A DNA stretch of 64,000 bases from Amphiscolops sp. MND2022 (Eukaryota). A model generated the notes under the pieces. It was not told the DNA's origin and did no database searches. It saw only the letters and a list, made by a program, of their open reading frames with translations. Location: assembly GCA_964187785.1 (NCBI GenBank), contig OZ076409.1, forward strand, positions 50,780,001-50,844,000. Direction: 5' to 3'. The translations under genes were made by a program, and so were the position numbers. This document shows positions 1-9,600 of this stretch, piece after piece. Position 1 is the stretch's first letter; each line of letters opens with the position of its first letter.

Positions 1-1299
1 AATTTTGTAAACTGAACAACTGCACCAACAGTGAACTCAACTTTGACCTATACGTGGCCACAACGTAACAAGTACAAATTGCAAAGTACAAATAGATAGG
101 AAAAATACATTTGCAGGCAATAATTATTCTGCACTCGATTGAACTTCGTATATGAATAAATAGAGCAGGCATCCCGCAACAATAGCACTTGGTTTGGGTT
201 TCGACGTTGACCTTACGTTACGTTCTGTGAAACATTTTAATGATAAACAACTAATCACTGAATACATAAAGCTCTTAATGTAACGTAAGGTATACGTGAT
301 TCGAGAAACTGTTGTAATAGCATCGTTACTCTTCGATCATAGTTTTAGCTCCTTTTTACAGTACAACCTTTTACATGTGGACTTGTTTCCAGAACCCTTT
401 AAGTGCGTCGATTCAGAAAAATCCTTATTTGATTTCGGTTTAAACTAATGCTTCATTGCTATTATTTTACGAATTGTTCCGTACGTATTAAGATTGGTTA
501 TAGCTGAGCGGCGGAATACAATTTTACAATCCGCTCCGTAGCTGCCCCGTACGTATTAAGATTGCTCATAGCTTAGCTGTCGGACCAAGCGGAGAGAAAG
601 CGGAGTGCGTAGGTGAATCCATTCTCTTTCTCTTATTCCAATTGGTGTTGCTAGGGGCAACCGAAATTAATTCTATTCGACTTAGCTAAGAATAGTTCTA
701 TCAATAGAGTGACGTTATTGGTCCGTAGAAGCAAAATTCCTAATATTAGCTCAGTAGATTGACGTTGCCATAGCGTTGTAAATATTTGCCTAAATCACTT
801 GGCTGTGCTTTAAGTGAATATTGACAACCACTTCATCTCTGGAAAACAATTCCGCTCTATTATTTGCCTGTTCTTTTTCATTTTAGATTGTATGAATTCC
901 GTTGGGATCTCGGAATTGAATTTTATTTTAATGTTTTCATTTTAGTGTGGACCAGTGGAAAGAATGATCCCAATTATAAATGTTCATTTTAGTGTTTAGA
1001 TTAGTATGGCAGAATTCAGAAAATCATACCGGAAATGAAAAATCTTATCACGCGCGGAGAATATTTAACCGGAAGTTTTAGCTAAAAATCATTTCTGAAA
1101 ACCGTTCCGTAACGTTTACGTTAGGTTTTGTATTCGGAAAATTATCTGCAATCGATTTAGCTGTACTGTAAGTAGAATTTAGATTAGTTTAAAATTAGAT
1201 TAGGTTAATAGAGTTTACCTCGGCCTTGTCCTCGGTTAATTTCGAAACCAGGTATCCCACTGCAGCAGCTATAATCCCGACCGGGAGCGGATCGTGACA
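1..1299 (-). repeat. 3' LTR of element A (partial, continues left of window)
   Basis: Matches 14379..15678 almost exactly; ends ...TCGTGACA at 1299; short purine run (minus strand CAAGAGGGG) lies just inside it. Confidence 0.93.
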
Positions 1300-2078
1300 G
1301 GGCCCCTCTTGAAGCAAGAGACAAGGGTATAGCTCGGCAATGGGGAATTTCTTTCCTGATGATGACAGGGGGACGGCCGTTGAAAATCCGCGTGCCGCGA
1401 CTACGTCCTCTTCCCGAAGTCATTTTGGTTATGAGTCTCTCTTCTTCTTCCATTTCTCGAAGCTCCTGTTCTCTTCGCGTCGACTCAATAGGGCATATTT
1501 CTGGCGGCTTAGTAGGGTCGCTTAACGCACATCTGCATTGCTCTCTTTTGGTCGGAGGGGGGGGGGGGCATTCTCTTTTGCTCCGTAGTGAGTGCGTCCA
1601 CGACCAACTGTTGCGAAGAACTGCCGGTCTTCTATGTCTAAACCATGTAGCGCGTCCAATTCTGCCAGCGAAGGCTCATTCAAGTCATTCAGCTTGACTG
1701 TATTTGGAGCTCTTTCATTTCCCAACTGGGGAATGTTTGCCTTTTCTTTTAGAACTGGTGTTGGTTTTATTTAGGGCTGGCTCGGCGGCGTGTCCGGTTC
1801 TTCGTAGAAGTCGGTATCTGAGTTAGGGTTTACTGCTGGCGGTAGATTAAAGCTTACTCTCCCTAGCTTTTTCTTTTTGCTGGGGATAGGGCCGCGCCTT
1901 TTCGGAGAACAGTCAGACTCGGACGTTGAATCTGTTTCAGCTTCACTCCCACGGAATGCTTCCGTGGACGAGTCACTAAGAGTGTGATCGTATTGAGGGG
2001 TAGTGTCTTCAATGGCGTGCTGCAACGGTTATTATCTTCGTCGGAAGATATATCTATCACCAACGAGTATCCGTTCAT
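1205..2078 (-). pseudogene. Accessory sense ORF (ORF3) of element A, acidic/low-complexity, disrupted by frameshifts and a stop
   Basis: Chained fragments 1863..2078, 1771..2025, 1522..1725 and 1205..1453. Begins MNGYSLVIDISSDED and contains ESDCS; both motifs recur at the same position in element C. Confidence 0.5.
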
Positions 2079-2672
2079 GATTGCAGAGATTAAATTTTGT
2101 AGGATTTTGGCTTATGTCTTCTTTGACTAGGTCACGGAGAATTAGTTTGGCAAAAGATGCTGGTCAAGCTTTTATGAAAATTGGACGACAAATGAACGTT
2201 TCAAATTCTTTTCCTTCGTAATTTTTAACGAAATTCTATTGGTCGGTTTTTCCGTTTTCGTTTCGGTGCGTCTCGAGTTGAAAGAAACAAGTTCTTTCTT
2301 ACTGCGTTGTGATTGGTCGAAATAATTGATGAAAACTTCTAATTCTAGTAGCCGTCCTCTTTTCGGTTAATGGCGTAATGACGTCACACAATTTCATTGG
2401 TGTATTACGCCTGTGTTCCGTGATCTCCTGATGATTTTCTTAATTCCTCTTTAGCATTTCTTGGTGGATTTTTATCCATCTTTTTGGAAACGTTTTGTTC
2501 CGTCAATGCCATAATAGGCTTTTAAAGGGAAAAAGGAAATTGAAACATAGATGGTTTTCCTTCCTGTAAAAAAATGATGCTGTTGATCCTTTTCTTGGCT
2601 TTTACGTTCGCTTTGCGTAGTTTTCTTCTTGATTTTTCCTTTTGTTTTAGATTTCTTGAGTTGTTATTCTGG
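2079..2672. promoter_or_regulatory. Putative bidirectional promoter region between ORF3 (-) and the antisense gene (+)
   Basis: Non-coding gap between two divergent ORFs; several ATTGG (CCAAT) boxes at ~2180, 2238, 2312 and 2396; TGACGTCA at ~2379. Confidence 0.35.
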
Positions 2673-5600
2673 ATGGATGGTGATTCTGGTCCTCCTGTTG
2701 GTACTGGCACAGGGTTCGTCAGTGGAAACGAGACAACATTCAACTTCACCGATGATGATGTTGTCCCTTCTGACATCGATATTTCTCGTTCTGCTTCGGG
2801 TTGGTAAAATCTTTCTGACTTCCTGGGTAATAGGACTATTGTTTTGGTGATCAGCCTTTTATAGTCTTACCCGTAACTCTGACGCGTCTGAACCAGATCT
2901 TGATTTTCAGTAACTCAACCCATTGCGCTGCCCGGGCTTAGTTCCAATACGGAAGCTAGTCGTTCTTTGGTTCCCCTGGGACTCCCTTCCATTACCGAGG
3001 CATTTCCGGTTGTCTCTGTCAATGCTATCCTGACGACTGTTCTTGCTGGTTCTGGGCATGCTGCTTCTTTCCAGCCTGGTTCCTCTTCTTTGTTAGAGGC
3101 TCCCGACAGTGCTGGTGTTTCGCAAGATGCCACAGGATTTGGTTCTCAGCTTCAAGATGCTGCTGTTGTTAGTGAGCCTCGTGGAGGCGAGGCCATTCCG
3201 GCCTCCCCAAAAGAAAGTGGGGGAGGAAAAAATGATGGGGAAGCTGCGGCTGTCGATGTCATGGAGCCGGGTTGTTCTCGTGAGCGGGCTGTGAAGTTTT
3301 CGACTCCGCCACCGCAACGTCAAGGTGGTCATTCACCTACCTTACAGGAGCTTATGGCTGAGGGATGGAGCAGTTAGTTGTTTCTTTTTTTTCCTCATCC
3401 TTTTCTTTTCTCTTCTCTTTGTTTTGTAGAATGCTTGTATGGAGTTGTTCAATTCAGTCTTCTGGTTGGGTTTCTCGGGGTGGTTCGGGCGTCCATATTG
3501 TTTCCACCTAATTGTTTTGGTGTTTGTTATAGGTGATCCAGAAGCGGAGGAGGAGGTGTTAGCTTTCCCCGGCAATACTCCGTTGAGTCCGATTGACTTG
3601 GCGCAATTTGGTCGTCATCTGATTTCGGAGGTGGAGACTCGGGCAGTACAAAGTATCGAGACAGGTACGTTGGTATTTCATAGTTAATAGGGGGTTGTTT
3701 AGGTGTGGTTGGGGTTTTGGGGTCGCAATATCGTGTGTCATATTTGTAGATGGTTGTGTTATTGTTTGCAGGTTTCACGAAATTATCTAAGAAGATTGGA
3801 GATCGCTGCCAGCGGCGAGTGCGAACTTATGGAAATCGCAAGCATTTGAAGAGACGCATGCTATCTTTGCATCCTGCATATTCCGACTTTGTCAGTGGCC
3901 CTAAGTGCGGGGAGCCTACGTCCTTCTTTTGCCGTGTGTGCAATCGAGATGTGCGGATGAAGGCACAAGGATCTGGCGAGTTTAAACGTCACTTCGCATC
4001 TGATGGGCACTGGTTTCGTGACGTGCGCTACAGGGTACATTCAGGGTTGCCCGTATACAACAGATGGTTGGAGCCTATGGAACTGACTGCCGCCCAGATT
4101 GCGGAATACAAAGCTCAACCTTTTGTGGACTTGGCAGAGGGGTTTCCCTTTCCAGAAGATTTGGTGCCCAAGCATGCCCAAGTTGATTCGAAGGTTCCGT
4201 TTATGACAATGATCTCGGCCGTCTGTGAGTGGCTCCGGAGTGGCGGCGATTTCACGTTGCTGCGACGTTTATGGGCGTGTTTCCGAGCTTCTTTGGGTGA
4301 GAGGGCACCCGAATATCAGCTGAATTGGAGTCGTGCTGAGACGGTGGTAAGTATGGGTATTATATATTTTTTGTGGTCTTTGGGTTCATGAGCTTTGTCT
4401 GTCTCGTTTTTTTTTCTCTTTTTTTTTCGGGGGGGGGGGCAGTAGTAGTATGGTTTGGTAGTCATGGTAGTTGTATATTGTTTCAGTCCCTGCTGTGTCG
4501 TGGCCTTGCTCCTCGGGTGTTGCGTCTGGTTCTCAGTGCAGTCGGGACGCGCAATGAATATGCATTGTTCTATGAGAAAGACGTGGATGTTGAGCGATGC
4601 TTTGTTGTGTGCTGGTTGGATAATGCTCTGCGGAAAATCTGCATTGGTCAGGAAGTTTTGGACCAGCCTATGCCTAAATCCGAGTTGGTTCCTTTGGCAC
4701 AGTTCGTCCACAGTGTGCAAAATGCGCGCCTTCCCTTTTGTGTCAGCGGTGCTAGTCCGGTGCTTCTTCGAGTGATAGAGGACAATCGTACTGATGGGAA
4801 ACGGTTTGTTATGCATCAACAGTTTTCCGAGGAGGTGTTCTTGCAGTGTGTGCGTCAGGCACATCAGGATGTTTTCGGAATGGTGGAGGTGACAAGTTTG
4901 GTGGACTATGTCATTTTACGGCTGAAGAGCGCTGTGTACGAGGACTGGACAGACGGCAAGGTGTTGCTGCGTAAGGCCATTCGTCAAGGTTCCGTTGCCT
5001 TCCAGGATCTTCGTGAGGTTCTGACTGATTTGGTGGACCTGTGGCCTTCAATTCGCCTGTTCATTCGGTGTACTGGGTTGCCTCATGTGAAAGATCAAGC
5101 CGACAGTGTGAGTTTGTTGCATGATTTTTTTTTTTTGCGGGTGGTTCTTCACGGTCGTCTTGTTGGTCATCTGTTATTTTCCGTCTGCTTAGTTATTTTG
5201 TGTTGTTGTTTAGTTGAGAGGTATGGATTCAACTGTGATCTCGGACGGACTGGTGCCGTATCGTTTTGGGCTGTTGCAATTGATGTTGGATACTTTCCAT
5301 ATTCATTTGCCGAAATTGAGACAGAGCCGCAGCGATTATGCATTCCATGGCTATGGTGAATTATGCAATTTCGTATACTGCTTGTTGATGAAGACACGCC
5401 AGTTATCAAGTCTTCCAGCTATTCACGATTGGGATGCGTACATGGACGTGGAAAAAGTGGCAAGTTTCCCTGTTGCACCTATAGATGAGTTCTTGGCTCA
5501 CTGTGATTATGGGAAGTCTCTTTTGTCATCGAAAGCAAGTGAGATGCCAAAGTTTCGTGGTCGCTGCAGAGAATTTATCGATCGCCTCGTCACTCTGTTA

Positions 5601-6506
5601 GTGGAGAGCGCCAGCACTCGTTCCATTGTGTCGAAAGGTCTGTGCAGTTTCTGCCCTGAACTGATGTTAGAAGGTGACGATAAGTGTGCGTTTGATTTGT
5701 TTTCTGAGCTGTGTGATGGTCTGGTGAGGTGCGGCGCTTTATCTCGAGAAGAATGCAATGCTGCTGTGGATGAGTATAGTGCATACGTGATTGAGAAACG
5801 CAGGCAGCATAGTCGATTGGAGCGTTCTGCCAGTTCTATTACGGACATTCGCCGCTACTTGCTGGATGATTTTGGGTTCCAGTCACGACGACATGTACTT
5901 CGTGTCTTCAAGTTGTGTTGTCTGCTTGTTGGTGAGCCCAACCGTGTTAGTCCTCCGTTTACTCTTGATCTGTCGAGTTGTAAACAGGCTGAAGGAAGTG
6001 TTCTTCTGTGTTGCAGAGTTGTTCAATCGTATGTTTTGAGCGACGGTTATTCTCCGCAGTCGTTCTTTACTGAGTCGTCTATGGGCCTAATTCGAGATGC
6101 TGTTTCTGATGCTGGGCTATTCTATATTGGCTCTGATTTTAATGTGTGGAAAGATCTGTGTGATGCCGGTGTGGACTCGTTTATTGCAGCTTTTTGCGAG
6201 CTGTATAAAGAATTTTTGGCAAAGCGACGTCAATCCAGTGATGAGCATTATACCGAGTGTAATCGGGTCAATCGTTTGTCTCGGGCAGAGCAGGGGTCTC
6301 GTAGCAGTTCCGTTGTGCAGAGTAGTTCCAGTTCTGTTAGTGGAAAAGGGAAAAATGGTGGAAGTAAAGTTGGCGAAAAGAGCACTGATGGGAAGCAAGT
6401 CGGGAAGACGAAAAAGGCTAACGTTCAAGCTGGTGGTAGTAAAACGACTCCGAAGAAGAAGTCGAAGAAAGACACTGATCCTTCCGTACATCATCATGTC
6501 AAGTAA
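2673..6506 (+). CDS. Antisense spliced accessory gene of element A: C2H2 zinc finger plus hAT-transposase-like (probably inactive) region, ~1070 aa
   Basis: Exons ~2673..2799 (uncertain), ~2911..3372, 3533..3664, 3772..4346, 4487..5107, 5214..6506. Introns 3373..3532, 3665..3771, 4347..4486 and 5108..5213 are all GT..AG with matching phases (1,1,0,0) and give one open frame. Zinc finger CRVC-x16-H-x5-H at ~3929..4010. A homolog is present in element C. Confidence 0.85.
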
Positions 6507-6652
6507 CTTGTGTTGTGACAATTTGTAGACTTTTATTATGTTTTGATGATTCTGAAGGAACTATAATTTTGGCTTTGTTGCTGTTCTTTTTAGTTTAGAT
6601 GATAATTTTACGTAGCTACTCCGGTTCGGTTTAGCCTGTTGATTATTTTCAT

Positions 6653-9600
6653 TTAGTTTTGAGTTTGACGTAGATCGTCCGTGGTAGCTGAGTTTAGCAT
6701 TCTGAAGTCAGGATCCACGTTGGGTCTCGGATTAGGTCTCAAATTGTATCGTCCCACTTTTCTAGGATTGTATCCAACGACTATAGGCGGTAATTCGGGT
6801 GTTTTGGGAGGGCTGTGTATCGGTGGTGGGGTCAAAATATATGGGTTATCGGTGACATCTAGGTCAAATGACGTTATATTGTCGGAAGGTGCTTTATCTT
6901 CTGCAGTATTTTCATTTGTGGCTGTTTGAGCCACGTCGCTTTCCGTTGTAGCTTCGTCTGTGGTTGTTTTAACCACGTCATTTTCCACTGTACTTTCTTT
7001 GGTGGTTGTTTTAACCACATCATTTTCCGTTGTAGTTTCGTCGCGTCCTGTTGTGTCTGTGATTTCTGTAACTGTGGCTTCTTCTGCGGCGTTTTCGGTA
7101 TTGTTTCCGAACAGAACTTCTCCGAATTCGGTTTCCCAAGCTTGCGCGTACCAATCATTGTGGGTTGTTTTAACCTCTGGGTCTGGAAGATAATCTTCCC
7201 TTCTGACTGTTACGTCAGGTACTCGCTGATTTGGCGCATATAGCCTTAGGCGAATTCTGTGGAGGGTTTGGGTATACCTAGTTCCCGTGCGGCGTACGAC
7301 GTAGTTGTTGTTCGAGAGTACTTTGACTACTATGTAGGGTCCAGTCCAAATGCAATCTTTAAAGGCGAATTTCATCGACTGGTTGTCTGCCTTCGGATTG
7401 AGGACGTAACAGTAGTCATTGACTTTCAGCGGTGTAGCTGTTGCTTTCTTGTCATAGTACTGTTTGTATTTGAGGTAGGAGTGCATTAGGTTCTCTTTGG
7501 CAGCTTGGTGTATTTCGGCTATTTGTTTCTGTAATTGATCCGTTAGTTCTTCGTTGCTATCTTTTTCCCATTTAGGTTTCAGTCCAAGTTTTATGTCCAA
7601 AATGTTGTACGGGATGCGTCCGTGAAACACTGTTGTAGGTTCGCAACCTAGGCTTTCATGGTAACTTGTATTGTAATTCATGACTGCAATCTGGACGTTT
7701 TTGTGCCACATGGAACGCCGTTCTCCCGTTGATATCTTTAAAGAAGTTTTTAAAGAAGCATGAGTCCTTTCTAGGATGCCAATTGTTTGGGCGTGTTTTG
7801 TCGATGCGTGGCTTATCCGTATATCCAATGTTTGTGCTATGTGGTTGACTACTTCTGATCTGAATTGTGATCCTTTATCTGTTAGAATGACGGACGGTAG
7901 ATAGCAGTGTCGTGTCATGACGTCTATTATGCATCGTGCGACTGTTCTTGCTGTCATGTCCTGTGTCGGGTAAGCGAAAAGGTAACGCGAAAAAACATCC
8001 ATCATCGTTATGATGTGTTGGTATCCATTTGAGGAAGGTAGATTTGGTAAGATGTCTACTTCTAGGCAGTCTTCTGGTCCCATTGTGAACTCAGTATTGC
8101 TTAGCATTTTTGGGCGTATTTGTCTTGTGTCAATTCTTTTATTGGCAATGCAGTCTTGACAGCTGGTTACCCAAGCTCTGATTTTACGTGCAAGACCCGG
8201 GAAGTAGTATTTCGCTCTGCATTCTTGTATCATTTTTGTGATTCCTGGGTGTTTATTTGTTTTTCCATGTAGAGTGGCCAAGAGTTCTGGGACTAGGTGT
8301 TTCGGAATTATAATTTGATTATGGGTGACTGATCCGTCTTCTCCGTAGTATTTCCGCATCAGAACTCCATCTTTCATTATGATTCTTTCTTCGTGGCGTA
8401 ATAGGTTTCGTCCTCGTGGTTCAGTTTTGAGAAGGTGTTTGTCATATTCTTCGTGTGAAATCCGTTGTTTCAGTGCTTTGAGGAGAGGGTCTGCATCTTG
8501 CTCGTCATTACGAGGCCAAAGTGGGAAAAACGTGAACTACAACGATTTCGTTGTAGTAATTTTTGAATTCTTGAACTAATGGTAATACATGCAAATTTCA
8601 AGAATCGAGAAAAACTAAGCGAAAGCAAGTGGGGATTTTTCTCGATTCTTGATTTAAATATAATGCATAGCATGCAAGAATCGAGAAAAGTTTCAAGAAT
8701 CGAGAAAAACAGCTTCTAGTACATGCGCACTACATTTCTAGTACATTTCTAGTACATTTCGCTAGTACATTTCTAGTACAGGAAATACATGCGCACTATT
8801 GTTTTCTCAATTCTTGACTTTTATAGGCGGCATAAACAATTCCTTTGAAGTTCAATTTTCAAGAATCGAGAAAAAGTTCACTTCGCTGCGTTAAATTACC
8901 ACTTTTCTCGATTCTTGAAAATTTGAACATTTCCCACTTTGGCCTCGTAATGTTTCTGATCCGTGCATTTTCTTTGATTGCACCGAAGGAGTAGACTGCG
9001 GAGTTGAGTGGTATCTTGATGACTTCGGTTACTTTTGTTGATAGTTCTCTCTCATGTTCGTCTAGGGCGCGTCGCTTGCTGAGTGCTTTTCGGGCAAAGA
9101 TTTCTTGTTCAGATTCATCTTCGTCATCAGGTAGGAAGAAAAGTTGTTCTTCGTCAGCTACATCTGATGATTGTAGATTGACCTCAATTGGGGACGTTAG
9201 GATGTCGTCTCGTAGTTTAAGTTGGACCTTTTCTTTCGGTGTAAGTTCAAGTCTTGAAAGAAAATCTGCTGCTGTGTTTTGGGAGCCTGCTACGTGCATA
9301 ATTCGAAACTTGAACTGTAATACATAGTCGCAGGCGTTCCAGAGTGCAGGGGGTGTCGTTTTGGTCTGGAAGAATCTCGTTACTGAGCGGTTGTCTGTTA
9401 AGACCAGGGTTGGAATTGTTGCTTCCCATAGTATGTGGCTGTATTCGAGGAATGCATGGTAGATTGCTAAGAATTCCTTGCAGTAGATAGACATTTTCAG
9501 TTGTGCAGGTGAAAAAACTCGTGATCCGAACGCTACTGGTGCGAAGGTTTTCCGTTTGGAGAGTATTTTGCGTTCATCGTTCTCCTCAATCATGAGGGCG

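Noticed and set aside
279..1299. Shorter LTR starting at TGTAACG (279)
   Set aside because: Identity continues to the left of 279 and there is no PBS there; the boundary at 13420 has better inverted termini and an adjacent PBS.
2574..6506. Accessory region as an env gene
   Set aside because: It is on the opposite strand to gag-pol. The hydrophobic stretches in the ORF track (e.g. 4373..4486, 5108..5213) are T-rich introns. The spliced product shows no signal peptide or transmembrane anchor.
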